Source of the DNA: Opitutales bacterium
GTDB taxonomy: Bacteria; Verrucomicrobiota; Verrucomicrobiia; Opitutales; JABSRG01
DNA: 64,000 bases
Assembly: GCA_049599475.1 (NCBI GenBank)
Contig: JBMYOQ010000003.1
Location: forward strand, 32,001-96,000
Direction of reading: 5' to 3'
The position numbers and the translations under genes were made by a program. Positions 8,902 through 19,318 of the stretch are shown piece by piece. The stretch's first letter is position 1. Every line of letters begins with the position of its first letter. Below the pieces are notes generated by a model. The model saw only the letters and a list, made by a program, of their open reading frames with translations. It did no database searches and was not told where the DNA came from.

Positions 8902-11900
8902 CTATTTTTCGTTGAGATTAAGGGATAAATTTCGGTAAGAAATGGACTGCTCGGGATAATCGAACCCCTGCCTAAATTGCTCGTCACGATGCAAGTCTTC
9001 GTAAGGGGAATGGAGCCGATTCGCCTTCCCCTCATCGCCCACACTGATGGCGATAATCCGCACAAAGGGGCTGTTTGGCAGGGTCAAGGTGTTCACTCCT
9101 TCAGGAATTTCGAGCCGATAGGAAAAGAGATATCCATATTCGTAATACAAATCTTCGCGCCAAGAATGCCTATGGGATGCGTACCAAGCGACACGATCCG
9201 TTTTCGCAAAAGCAGGAGCGATACGCCTCAGGTCATTCCGCAATGAATACGAGATATCCGACACCTCTCCAACAAACTCGCGATTATCCCATTGTCCCAG
9301 ATAGCCAAACCACCCGCTCACAGTCACAGGAAGCTCAAATTCACCTGCTTTAAAGACCACCGGAGTATTCACATCTGCAGCGGCCAACAGATGAATCACT
9401 TGAGACCCTTTAGGTAGGTGGATGTTTTGCCCGCGACTCGCAATCGCGTTGTATCCGCCAGGCTCGGTATTTCCGATTTCGAACTCCACATTCCCAAGCC
9501 GGACAAGATCTCCGATCATTTCTGATGGGTAAGTATTTCCTTTTCCATCAAAACTCCCAGAACTGCCTGCGACGGCTTCCTTACGCCCACGCACCCGCTC
9601 ACGAGGCCAGTATCCATCTTCGCGGAAATCATTCGTCGAGAATACATCCGTATCATAGGAAAGTGCTACCGGGCGGGTTCGAGGTTTTGTAGATTCTGCC
9701 GACTCGATCTTGAGAGAAACGGTTTTGAGCTCGAAAGGACTAAAATCAAGGGAGATCGCATCCCCGGCCACGGGAACGTCTATACCCAGCGGGCGCTCCA
9801 ATCCATCGACTTCTGTCGCTTCACTTAGGGGCAGACTTGATTTAAATTTGTAATCATCCAGTGACTCACCGTGTAATTCCTGGAGACGTACGATAATTCG
9901 ATCCGAGTTCTCGGCTTTCTTGATAGCTTGGACTCGTATCTGGTCATGACTTGATTCAAACAGAGAAAATTCGGTACGGTCGGCGAACGCATACCGGGGC
10001 ACACCGAAAACCGACGGGCGTTGTTCGAATTCGATAGCCTGTTCTTGAATTCCCCCATCTCGCCAATCGCCATCATGTGAAATCAATGCGTACTTGAATT
10101 CGTGACGCCCCCAGTCTTGCCAACGCATTTCCCGAGTCCGGCCTCGATCCAGGATCTCGTCTTCCCAATCTTCGGTATCAGGAGAATGCAGGAGGGTGAG
10201 CCGGAGCGTATTCCCATCTGGTTTATCACTGCCATACTTATGTCCTGTCAGAATACTGACACCATGATCTCTCGACTCATCTGTAAGATCTACCCAATAC
10301 TGCTGAGGCACTTCAAACATTCGCTCGTGCGCGTTGCCGCGTTGCATATTTCCAATTCCCGCATGGTAAGTGGCCTTCGAGGAAGAGGCCTTAAAATGGA
10401 AGGCCGCCTTTAATAGCGCTCCTCGACTTTTCCAATCAATGCGATTGTCCACTTCGACGCGCGCAGACTCAGGGCCTGAATAGAGACGTATCCGTTGCGC
10501 AATCAGAGAGTTCTCCACCTCACGAACCACCTCGATGGCAACACGCACCGGCCCCTCCTCGACCACGCGCATTGATATCGGGCTCGAAGCGACGCTGCGT
10601 GCCGGTTCTTTGAGATCTTTCCAATCTATATGCCATGCAGGTTTACGGTGCGGGAAATTGGCTATAAACTCGAGTTGAGCGGGCTTCTCGAGAATTTCCC
10701 GGCTGGAGAACTTATCGTATATACTCGAAATATCCCCATGAGCATCCATGACGACACGGTAGCGCTCGTTCTCAAGGGAGTCTTTGGAAACTCGAAGTGT
10801 GCTCTCGAAGCGGCTCCCCCCCTCACGCAGGGAAAATACCGCAGCGCCGACCGATGGCAGCTCTGCTTGAAAGAGGAGTCGGGGTTTACCATCCCAGCCC
10901 TGGCTCAATTGAGTTGGGAGCTTTTGACCGTCCGCTGAGTATACGGTAATGGCTTCGACTCCGGAAAATTCGTCGGGGAGCAAAGACTCTATTGTGAAAA
11001 CACCCTCGCGTGCCCGCGGATTGAATACAAGAAGCGGAAGCCCAGGCACATCGGTATCCAAAAGTGGAGCCAAAGCACCTATGGCATCCGAATATACACC
11101 ATCGATCTGGTTAAGCGCTAGAATGCCGTCATTCCATGCCTGCGAATGCGCCTTCGGTATGCTGGTTCCTGAAAGAATGTCATGAAACTGGTTGCGAAGA
11201 AGGAGGCCCCAGGCTTGATCCAAGGCCTGCTCAGGATATGCCATTCCCACCAACAATTTGGCGGAGACCGCGGCCCGCTCTGCAGCATCCACCAGAAGTT
11301 CGCTATCCCGGTTAAGCTTCTTTGTGTATGATTGAGACGTGAGCGTACCGGTGGAGTGTTCTGTAAGGAGAAGATCACTACTCCAGGTAGGGAATCCCGC
11401 AGCCTCTCGATCACTGATTGCTTCGAACATCAGATTAGACGGGCCAACCACCACATTGATATCCCCCTCTTCGACCAACGACCGCTCGAGGCTCTCTAGC
11501 GTCACTTTCTGAACGGTGCCGCCACGATCCGCGTTATTTCGATCGCCTCCACCTGCATAGAAATAATCGATAGGTAAGCCGGAGCTGCGCTCGTTTGCAC
11601 GTAGCCGACGGAGTGTTTCCTTATGATTGTGGTAGGGTTCATCGTGCGACTCTGCGTAATCACCGGCATTCAACGCGGCGATCACCCAATTTCCATCTGG
11701 GCCAATCCAGCGACCGATGTTAAACGGGATGCCATTCGCAGATTTCCACGTCAGTTTCTGCGTTGAAAATCCACGTATACCCGCATGGCTCAATACTGAG
11801 GGCAAAGAAACAGGAAAGCCGAAGCAATCTGGCAGTAAAAATTCGCGACTCTCGAGACCAAACATTTCCGAAAAATACTCTCGCCCGTGTAGGAGTTGTC

Positions 11901-12315
11901 GAATGAGTGATTCTGTTGAAGGAATATTCGTATCACTTTCGACCCAAGAGCTACCTGCAGGAAACCAGCGCCCAGCATCGACATATTTTTTCAGTGTATC
12001 GAACTTCTCGGGGTAATATTCTTCCATCAACGAATACCGACTCGCTCCAGTCCAGTTGAAGGTGAAGTTTGGATACATTTCAAACGACACAAAATTCTCA
12101 TCCAAGGTATTTTTCAGAAAATCCCGTATCGTCTCTGTGTATGACCAGCGCCATACATCATCCAAGTGCGTATACGGGACGACAAACAGAGTGGGCTCTG
12201 ATAAATCAATCGAAGATGGGTCCGTGGGATACGTCACTTCTTGCGAAAACAATGTTTTGGGGGCGTTAGCGACCCCGATCGCTACCGCCCCAACCAATAG
12301 GGCACGGCGTAGCAT
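8902..12315 (-). CDS. GH38 alpha-mannosidase, secreted
   Basis: Zn-binding THLDDVWRW, nucleophile motif LPDCFG, QFHDILSG, LRLTLL and a GH38 C-terminal beta-sandwich; N-terminal signal-like sequence. Confidence 0.9.
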   Translation of the reverse strand: MLRRALLVGAVAIGVANAPKTLFSQEVTYPTDPSSIDLSEPTLFVVPYTHLDDVWRWSYTETIRDFLKNTLDENFVSFEMYPNFTFNWTGASRYSLMEEYYPEKFDTLKKYVDAGRWFPAGSSWVESDTNIPSTESLIRQLLHGREYFSEMFGLESREFLLPDCFGFPVSLPSVLSHAGIRGFSTQKLTWKSANGIPFNIGRWIGPDGNWVIAALNAGDYAESHDEPYHNHKETLRRLRANERSSGLPIDYFYAGGGDRNNADRGGTVQKVTLESLERSLVEEGDINVVVGPSNLMFEAISDREAAGFPTWSSDLLLTEHSTGTLTSQSYTKKLNRDSELLVDAAERAAVSAKLLVGMAYPEQALDQAWGLLLRNQFHDILSGTSIPKAHSQAWNDGILALNQIDGVYSDAIGALAPLLDTDVPGLPLLVFNPRAREGVFTIESLLPDEFSGVEAITVYSADGQKLPTQLSQGWDGKPRLLFQAELPSVGAAVFSLREGGSRFESTLRVSKDSLENERYRVVMDAHGDISSIYDKFSSREILEKPAQLEFIANFPHRKPAWHIDWKDLKEPARSVASSPISMRVVEEGPVRVAIEVVREVENSLIAQRIRLYSGPESARVEVDNRIDWKSRGALLKAAFHFKASSSKATYHAGIGNMQRGNAHERMFEVPQQYWVDLTDESRDHGVSILTGHKYGSDKPDGNTLRLTLLHSPDTEDWEDEILDRGRTREMRWQDWGRHEFKYALISHDGDWRDGGIQEQAIEFEQRPSVFGVPRYAFADRTEFSLFESSHDQIRVQAIKKAENSDRIIVRLQELHGESLDDYKFKSSLPLSEATEVDGLERPLGIDVPVAGDAISLDFSPFELKTVSLKIESAESTKPRTRPVALSYDTDVFSTNDFREDGYWPRERVRGRKEAVAGSSGSFDGKGNTYPSEMIGDLVRLGNVEFEIGNTEPGGYNAIASRGQNIHLPKGSQVIHLLAAADVNTPVVFKAGEFELPVTVSGWFGYLGQWDNREFVGEVSDISYSLRNDLRRIAPAFAKTDRVAWYASHRHSWREDLYYEYGYLFSYRLEIPEGVNTLTLPNSPFVRIIAISVGDEGKANRLHSPYEDLHRDEQFRQGFDYPEQSISYRNLSLNLNEK

Positions 12316-12320
12316 GGGCC

Positions 12321-12671
12321 TCAGCGAGAACTCTCCTCCGAGATCGGGATTTCTTTAGATAGAGGAATTTCTTCACGGTAAAGCTGCGCGGCTTTACCGG
12401 ATAGGCGTAGATAGAAATCTGAGGGCAAGCCTTCATAATCGATGAGGACTCCCCCATTTCCAAATGGTGGATTATTCGAGCCATCACCAGGCGCGTTGAA
12501 CCAGCCCTGATATCCAGTCACCACCTTCCCCTTCATCGTGGTAGGATCGACTTCCTTCATTACCGGTCCGTCATAGGGCTTCAGTACGTCTTCCTTTGCA
12601 TGCGCCACGGAGAACAGGAGCGCGGCAAGGAGATTCACCATTATCAAAATTCGAGCGAGGGGGATATTCAT
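12321..12671 (-). pseudogene. Internally deleted remnant of a GH99/GH71-like (xylosidase/arabinosidase-annotated) glycoside hydrolase
   Basis: Signal peptide and N-terminal motif TMKGKVVTGYQGWFNAPGDG joined in frame to C-terminal motif NPP...YEGLPSDFYLRLSG; only 116 aa. Confidence 0.6.
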
Positions 12672-12954
12672 AGGAAGGAGCTAAAAGCCTATCAAATAGG
12701 CCCATCGCAGGCATGTTTGAGCCTGTCATTTCCAAGTCTATTTTGGCCAACCCCGCATACACCCAGGAAAGCATGCACCTGCCTCCCCTGCATTCACCCA
12801 GTTGGCAGACACAAGCATCGTCATGGCACAGAAAGACATGCAGTATTTGTAAATTATCGTAAAATCCGCAGACACTCGCGATTTCGATCATCCTCTCCCC
12901 CTATCGAGTCGTTAAGAGCAATCGACTCGGAATTCCAATAACCCATCTCAACCT

Positions 12955-14490
12955 ATGACAATCATCCCTAAATTCGGAGCCATCGCAGCGTGCGCGTTGA
13001 TAGCCCTCGGCTCATCAATCACCAATAGCGCATCCGCACAAGCATCAGCGGAGAAGCCCAACATCATCTTCTTCTCTTTCGATGATTTAAACGACTTCAT
13101 CAACCCGATGGGCTATACACAGGCGAAGACTCCTAATCTAGATCGACTCGCCAAGGCAGGGGTCACCTTCACCAACGCGCACACTCCAGCAACCTTCTGC
13201 GCGCCCGCTCGTACCGCTATTTTTACTGGACGCCATGCCACCACGACCGGTGCCTATGAAACGCAGGTATACTTTCACCAGCACCCAGACATCGTACCAA
13301 TGCAGCAGAGCTTCCAAAACGCCGGTTATGCGACCTTTGGCGGCGGCAAGCTCTTCCACCACCGCGAAGGCTTTATTGATATGCGAGGATGGGACGAATT
13401 TTTCATGCGCAATGAAGAGCTAAAGGCCGAAGGATGGTATATGAATTCATGGACCGAGGACACTCCGCTCCCTGGAGAATTCCCCGTGAGCACCTACAAC
13501 AAAAACCGAGTAGCCGAGGGAAGCCTAAAGCGGACAACCACTTTCCTGGAAATCGCAGCTATTCCCGATGATAAAGAAGAGGAAATGGCCGATACACGCC
13601 GTATCAATTGGGCCTGTGAAGTTCTTCAAAGAGATCACGATAAACCCTTCTTCCTTGGGGTTGGAATCTATGCACCTCATTTCCCGAACTACGCACCTCA
13701 AAAGTATTGGGATATGTATGACCGCGATTCACTCGAAATCCCACAATATACGGAAGGAGATCTTGATGACATCGGTAAAATGATCAGAAAGCAGAAGCAA
13801 AACCGTAAAAAGACCCACCATGATCGCCTGGTAAAATGGGGGCTGCTTCCCGAGACCTTTCATGCCTACCTAGCGTGCGTATCCTACGCAGATGCTATGC
13901 TCGGCCGCGTATTAGATTCCTTACAAAACAGCAAATATCGCGACAATACAGCCATCGTCATCTGGAGCGACCACGGCTACCACCAGGGGCAAAAAGGCGA
14001 ATGGGGAAAACACACGCTGTGGCAGCGCACGACAAACGTCCCCTTCATTTGGGCCGGAGCTGGCATTGCTAAAAATAAGAAAGTAAGTGCCACAGTCAGC
14101 CTTATCGACATGTATCCCACGTTCGTTGAAATGTGCGGCTTAGCTCCAGATCCCGGCCTCGAAGGCAAGAGCCTCGCATCGGCATTGAAAAATCCAGCGA
14201 GTGCCCAGGATCGTGATGTATTCGTCCCATGGCTACATCCAAACAGCTACACGGTGATCAATGAAAAGTGGCGCTACATCCACTATAGAGACGGTTCAGA
14301 GGAGCTCTACGACGTGCAAAACGACTTTGAGGAAATTCACAACCTAGCCGAATCTCCAGAGTATGATTCTATCAAAAATAAGCTGAAGCAATCGGCTCCG
14401 AAGAATCATGCAAAACCCGGCCCGAAAGCACGGAGCGATCTCAAGCTAGTGCTTAACGGCTTGGACTATCATTGGGAGAGCAAGAACTAA
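12955..14490 (+). CDS. S1-family sulfatase (iduronate/choline sulfatase-like), secreted
   Basis: KPNIIFFSFDDL, formylglycine motif CAPAR, GKLFH, PH.P, SDHGYH.G.K..W.K, ELYD; signal peptide. Confidence 0.93.
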   Translation: MTIIPKFGAIAACALIALGSSITNSASAQASAEKPNIIFFSFDDLNDFINPMGYTQAKTPNLDRLAKAGVTFTNAHTPATFCAPARTAIFTGRHATTTGAYETQVYFHQHPDIVPMQQSFQNAGYATFGGGKLFHHREGFIDMRGWDEFFMRNEELKAEGWYMNSWTEDTPLPGEFPVSTYNKNRVAEGSLKRTTTFLEIAAIPDDKEEEMADTRRINWACEVLQRDHDKPFFLGVGIYAPHFPNYAPQKYWDMYDRDSLEIPQYTEGDLDDIGKMIRKQKQNRKKTHHDRLVKWGLLPETFHAYLACVSYADAMLGRVLDSLQNSKYRDNTAIVIWSDHGYHQGQKGEWGKHTLWQRTTNVPFIWAGAGIAKNKKVSATVSLIDMYPTFVEMCGLAPDPGLEGKSLASALKNPASAQDRDVFVPWLHPNSYTVINEKWRYIHYRDGSEELYDVQNDFEEIHNLAESPEYDSIKNKLKQSAPKNHAKPGPKARSDLKLVLNGLDYHWESKN

Positions 14491-14533
14491 GGCTCTCCGC
14501 CCATCCATCAACTCAGAGCCCCACTCAATAATC

Positions 14534-16054
14534 ATGAAACGCTTCTACACTCGTTTCACGGGAGCACTATGTCTCGTGCTCTCGTCATGCGCTCTTTCCC
14601 TAGCGGCGAAAGAAAAGCCAAACGTCCTATTCATCATCTTTGACGATCTCAATACGCGGGTATCCACCTCGGGCTACCCAAATATGATCACACCAAATTT
14701 TGATCGCCTGGCACGCGAGGGTATGACGTTTACGCGCGCCTACGCGAACTATCCTGTATGTGGCCCGTCTAGAGCATCCCTACTCAGCGGACTGTATCCA
14801 CAGTCGACCGGTGTAATCGACAACTACACGGACATACGCGAAACACGCCCTGGAACCATATCGTTGCCGCAAGCGTTCAAAGACCAGGGATATTGGACCG
14901 CATCAGTAGGTAAAGTATTCCACAATGAAAAGGCGAATCACAAAGAAGCCGCGTGGGATGAATTCCACTATTTCGAAAATGAAGAACTCCCCTTGGTGAC
15001 ACCGATCAGAGAGAAGTGGGAAGCAGAGAACGGAAAGATTGATGCGAATGGCAAGAATGCTCGGGCATGGCGAAAATTTGCACTTACCATCGCACCTCAG
15101 ACTGCTAATCAAAAACCAGGATGGGGCCCCACGGGCCTGAACGACGAAGACCACAAGGATGGTAAAAATGCCCGTCAGACAGTCTCATGGCTTAAAGAAA
15201 AAAGCTATGGCGAGAAACCATTCTTCATGGCTGTCGGCATCCATAAGCCGCACGGCCCGTATTTGGCGCCAGACAAATATTTTGAGATGTATCCAAAAGA
15301 AGAATTGGATATCAAACCCGCGTCCAATGCATACTGGGAAACGGTGAACCGCATGGCGATGACTCACCGCTACCGTGGCTTCGATTTCGAACTCGGAGTC
15401 GAAAACGATGCCCTACGTCGCGAATACACGCAGGCCTACCACGCATGTATCACTTTTGCGGACGCTCAAGTCGGCCTGATTTTCGACGCACTCAAGGAGA
15501 GTGGCGAATGGGACAACACCATTATCGTGATGACTTCGGACCACGGCTACCTTCTCGGAGAGAAGTTTATGTGGGGCAAAGTGATGCTCTGGGACATGGG
15601 CACCAAGGTCCCGATGATCGTGCGGGTTCCAGGGATGACACGCCCCGGCTCATCAAGCGATAGCATCGTCGAGCTCGTTGACATCTATCCTACCCTCACT
15701 CAGCTGGCAGGCCTCAGAGCTCCAGACAATCTTCAGGGTAAGAGCATGGTCCCGATCATCCAAAACCCAAAGGCAGATACCAAGGAATTCGCATATACTG
15801 TAGTTCGGCGTGCAGGAAATCTCGGTAAGACAATTATGAACGACCGCTACCACTACATGGCATGGCCCAATGGATCCGAGGAGCTCTATGACTTCGCAAA
15901 AGACCCAGAGGAAATGGTGAATCTCGTAAACTCCCCAGAACACACGGGCCAGCTCAAGCGCATGCGCGAAGAACTTAAGAATGTCGAAGCCTACGCCTTG
16001 AGCGAGAGCACCGAGCTCACACGAGCCGCCATCGACAAAGCCAACAACAGATAA
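14534..16054 (+). CDS. S1-family sulfatase (iduronate-2-sulfatase-like), secreted
   Basis: KPNVLFIIFDDL, CGPSRASLLSG, GKVFH, HKPH.P, SDHGYLLGEK; signal peptide. Confidence 0.93.
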   Translation: MKRFYTRFTGALCLVLSSCALSLAAKEKPNVLFIIFDDLNTRVSTSGYPNMITPNFDRLAREGMTFTRAYANYPVCGPSRASLLSGLYPQSTGVIDNYTDIRETRPGTISLPQAFKDQGYWTASVGKVFHNEKANHKEAAWDEFHYFENEELPLVTPIREKWEAENGKIDANGKNARAWRKFALTIAPQTANQKPGWGPTGLNDEDHKDGKNARQTVSWLKEKSYGEKPFFMAVGIHKPHGPYLAPDKYFEMYPKEELDIKPASNAYWETVNRMAMTHRYRGFDFELGVENDALRREYTQAYHACITFADAQVGLIFDALKESGEWDNTIIVMTSDHGYLLGEKFMWGKVMLWDMGTKVPMIVRVPGMTRPGSSSDSIVELVDIYPTLTQLAGLRAPDNLQGKSMVPIIQNPKADTKEFAYTVVRRAGNLGKTIMNDRYHYMAWPNGSEELYDFAKDPEEMVNLVNSPEHTGQLKRMREELKNVEAYALSESTELTRAAIDKANNR

Positions 16055-16084
16055 TTTAGAGAAACAGTCTCGAGAAAGACTCCG

Positions 16085-16141
16085 ATCCGCATGCCTCGGT
16101 CGCGTTCTAAGCGCCACTAGACGAGGGATGCGGATTTTTTT
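16085..16141 (+). terminator. Probable intrinsic terminator after the sulfatase pair
   Basis: ATCCGCATGCCTCG (16085-16098) pairs imperfectly with CGAGGGATGCGGAT (16122-16135), followed by a T run. Confidence 0.55.
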
Positions 16142-16345
16142 GCACTTGGGTTTCTAGGGATCGAACCGACATTCCTACTGTCACCTGAAACAGAGTCTAT
16201 CACCCAGGAATAAAAAACGACCGGCAATGTTTCACAGCGCAATCTTTTCAAATTCGATGAAACTTCATCGAATTTTCTTTGTTTATAATATTTACAAACC
16301 AATTTACGTTCTTAGAAAATGTAAACATCTAGTAATCTATCCGCA

Positions 16346-17596
16346 ATGCGCGCTTCCATCCCCTTCGCATTCATATTCATTTCCACCTCACTCGCCGCTA
16401 TGGGTGATGACTCCCTTGTCGTTGAGTCTCACTCGACGGACGCATCGGGATCTCTCATCCATTTCAGTCTCCCAGCGGATTCAAGCCTCGCCGGAGCAGA
16501 CTCCTTTGTCCTCGTCGAAAATGAGACAGGAGCCCGGTTACCGGCCCAGGGGACATCCGGTGATAATGCCTTCGTGGCACAGCTCGACTTGCCCTTTCCC
16601 GCTGATTCAAAGAAGCATTTTACAATCGACGCGAATGTCGAGGGCACCGACGGATCCTCATTCGAAATCACCGACGATGGTCTAGGGATCCAATTCGAAC
16701 AAGGAGCGCACCCCTTTCTTCGCTACAATTACAAAGCCGACCCAGAGCGCACGATCAACGGTATGGACCCCCAGCCCCAGGTGATTAAGCGATCAGGATA
16801 TATCGATCCGGTGTGGACTCCCTCGGGCCGGAAAGTCACCGAAGGTTTCCCTAGCTCCTACTTTCACCATCTAGGTGTTTGGGGTGCATGGGTGAATACG
16901 CGATACCAAGGGACCAGATTCGATTTCTGGAATCTAAAATCCCCTAAGGATATCGAGCTCGTATCATTTACCTCATGGGAAGAAGAGCCTCTGGCGGGGC
17001 CCGTGTTTTCAGGATTCGTTGCCAAGCATAGATATACGCTCCAACACCCCGAAGCGCTAGAAGTCCTGCTGGACGAAGCACTTCAAATAAAGGCATTCAC
17101 CACGAAGTTCGGCAACGCTTTCGACTATACACTCACCCAGGAGTGGCTCGCAGATGACCCCCTGGCACTTAAGAAACACCGTTATGGCGGCACCTTCGCC
17201 TGGCGCTATCCATCCTCTTGGGATGCTGAAAAAGGCTACGCGACATCTTCCGAAGGACACCGGCAAATGCTTTCAGGTGAAACGGGTGTCGACGCCACAC
17301 ACGCTCGCTGGATCAAAGTACATGCATTCGACGGAGACGCCCCCGTAGGCTTCCTAATGATGAGCCATCCCGATAATTTCCGTCATCCAGAACTGACACG
17401 CATGATGAACAATGGACCAGGACTCGGCGGCTACATCCACTTTACGCCTGTTCGTTCAGGAGCCTGGAAACTCGAAAAAGGCGATATCAACACCTTCAAA
17501 TACCGCGCAATCACCTTCGACGGTACACTTTCCGAAGAGAACGCCGAACTACTTTGGAAACAATACGCCGAACCTCCAAAAGTGACTTTCAAATAA
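16346..17596 (+). CDS. PmoA-family / DUF6807 secreted beta-sandwich protein
   Basis: RSGYIDPVWTPSG, HHLGVWGAW, RYGG, ARW and HPDNFRHP motifs; signal peptide. This is not the particulate methane monooxygenase subunit. Confidence 0.75.
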   Translation: MRASIPFAFIFISTSLAAMGDDSLVVESHSTDASGSLIHFSLPADSSLAGADSFVLVENETGARLPAQGTSGDNAFVAQLDLPFPADSKKHFTIDANVEGTDGSSFEITDDGLGIQFEQGAHPFLRYNYKADPERTINGMDPQPQVIKRSGYIDPVWTPSGRKVTEGFPSSYFHHLGVWGAWVNTRYQGTRFDFWNLKSPKDIELVSFTSWEEEPLAGPVFSGFVAKHRYTLQHPEALEVLLDEALQIKAFTTKFGNAFDYTLTQEWLADDPLALKKHRYGGTFAWRYPSSWDAEKGYATSSEGHRQMLSGETGVDATHARWIKVHAFDGDAPVGFLMMSHPDNFRHPELTRMMNNGPGLGGYIHFTPVRSGAWKLEKGDINTFKYRAITFDGTLSEENAELLWKQYAEPPKVTFK

Positions 17597-17615
17597 ATCC
17601 ATCACGAAAACCATC

Positions 17616-19061
17616 ATGAATCTCACCTCATCACGACGAAACTTCATCAAATCGAGCTCACTCCTCCTCGGTGGCACTCTCCTGTGCAGCGCTCAAGTAA
17701 CCGGGGCCAACCAACAGGTCCGAATCGCCATTGTGGGCATGCGATCCAAGGGGAAAGACCTTTTACGCCGATTCCTGAGGCTCCCCAATGTCAAAGTCGC
17801 GAGCCTCTGTGAGGTAGATTCGAACATTTTGGCGCAGGTGGCAAAGCAGTTCGATGGACAAATAGACGGTGCCACTCTCGACAAAGACTACCGCAAAGTC
17901 ATCGAGCGCAAGGATATCGACGCGGTGGTTTTAGCGACCCCCAACCACTGGCATGCGCTGCAAACCATTTGGGCCTGCCAAGCAGGCAAACACGTATACG
18001 TCGAGAAGCCAGCAGCACACTCTGTCTGGGAAGGCGAACTGATGGTAAAGGCGGCCCGCAAATACGACCGCATCGTCCAAGTAGGCCTACAAACCCGTTC
18101 AATGACGAGTGGCCCAGAAATCCGCGAATGGCTCAAGGAGGGCCACTTGGGAGAGATCAAGGCGATCCACGCAGTATTTTACAAGGACCGCAAGAGCGTA
18201 GGCATGCGCCCCACTCCTCTTGAAGTTCCTAGCCACATCGACTACGACCTCTGGCTTGGACCCGCAGAAGACCTACCGATCTACCGCGATTCTTTCCACT
18301 ATGATTGGCATTGGGAATGGAATACCGGTAATGGCGACCTTGGGAACATTGGCACCCATGTTGCCGACATCGCACGGATGTACCTGGGTGATCCCAAACC
18401 AAGCTGCAAAATGCTCACCTTTGGTAATCGTTTCCAATGGAACGATGCCGCCCAGACACCCAACATGCACGTAGCATCCTTCGACTTTGGGGGAATTCCC
18501 ATCATCCTGGAGGCTAACAATTTCAAATACGACGCAGAGGGTCGCCGGGCACTCAGCTACAGCCAAACTCGCAGGGGCCAAGTAGTGATCTGCGAAGGCG
18601 GTAAACTTGTGGGACATGGTCAGGGCAAAGCTTTCGACCTAGAAGGCAAGACCATCAAAAAATTTCCCGGGACGGAAAACCATCAGAAGAACTTCATCGA
18701 TGCGATCCTTTCCGGTAAAAACAGCGACCTGAACAGTGAAATGATCTCAGGACACGAATCCTGCACCCTGCCCGTAATGGCAGGCGCAGCCTATCAGGCC
18801 GGAAAACGAACATCCAGCGCAGAGCTGGCAGCCCAAGCAGAAGAAGGCTCCCCCTACCTCGTCGACGCATATAATCGCTACAAAGCACAATGCAATCGCC
18901 TAGGCATCGACCTGGAAAAGGAACAATGGGTGAGCAGCGGCTTCATGGATTACGATCACGATACGATCAAATTCACAAGCGGAGCCAACTTGAGTGCTGC
19001 AAACGGCTTCATGAAGCGGAAGAAATACCGCGAACCCTACGTGGTAAGCGAGAACGTCTAG
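17616..19061 (+). CDS. Gfo/Idh/MocA oxidoreductase with Tat signal
   Basis: SRRNFIK twin-arginine motif; ATPNHWH, GKHVYVEKP, GLQTRS, YDLWLGPA, GNGDLGNIGTH..D. Confidence 0.9.
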   Translation: MNLTSSRRNFIKSSSLLLGGTLLCSAQVTGANQQVRIAIVGMRSKGKDLLRRFLRLPNVKVASLCEVDSNILAQVAKQFDGQIDGATLDKDYRKVIERKDIDAVVLATPNHWHALQTIWACQAGKHVYVEKPAAHSVWEGELMVKAARKYDRIVQVGLQTRSMTSGPEIREWLKEGHLGEIKAIHAVFYKDRKSVGMRPTPLEVPSHIDYDLWLGPAEDLPIYRDSFHYDWHWEWNTGNGDLGNIGTHVADIARMYLGDPKPSCKMLTFGNRFQWNDAAQTPNMHVASFDFGGIPIILEANNFKYDAEGRRALSYSQTRRGQVVICEGGKLVGHGQGKAFDLEGKTIKKFPGTENHQKNFIDAILSGKNSDLNSEMISGHESCTLPVMAGAAYQAGKRTSSAELAAQAEEGSPYLVDAYNRYKAQCNRLGIDLEKEQWVSSGFMDYDHDTIKFTSGANLSAANGFMKRKKYREPYVVSENV

Positions 19062-19318
19062 AGTCACTCTCAAGAGTTCATACTGATTGATGCCTGACTG
19101 ATGCTGGAACGCCGCAAACTTCGATTTTCATACATTCGAAGGACAGACTCAGAGGGCTGATTGCGGCGTTCCCTGAAATGGACAGGGTCTCGACCCAATC
19201 CATTTCAGGCGCCTTGCACTAAGCCCTCTGAATTCTGCCTATTTAATCAAGATTTTAGAGATTCGGTATTAGACCAGTATACTCTTATCCTGAGCTTATG
19301 GGAGAGACACAGTGCTGG

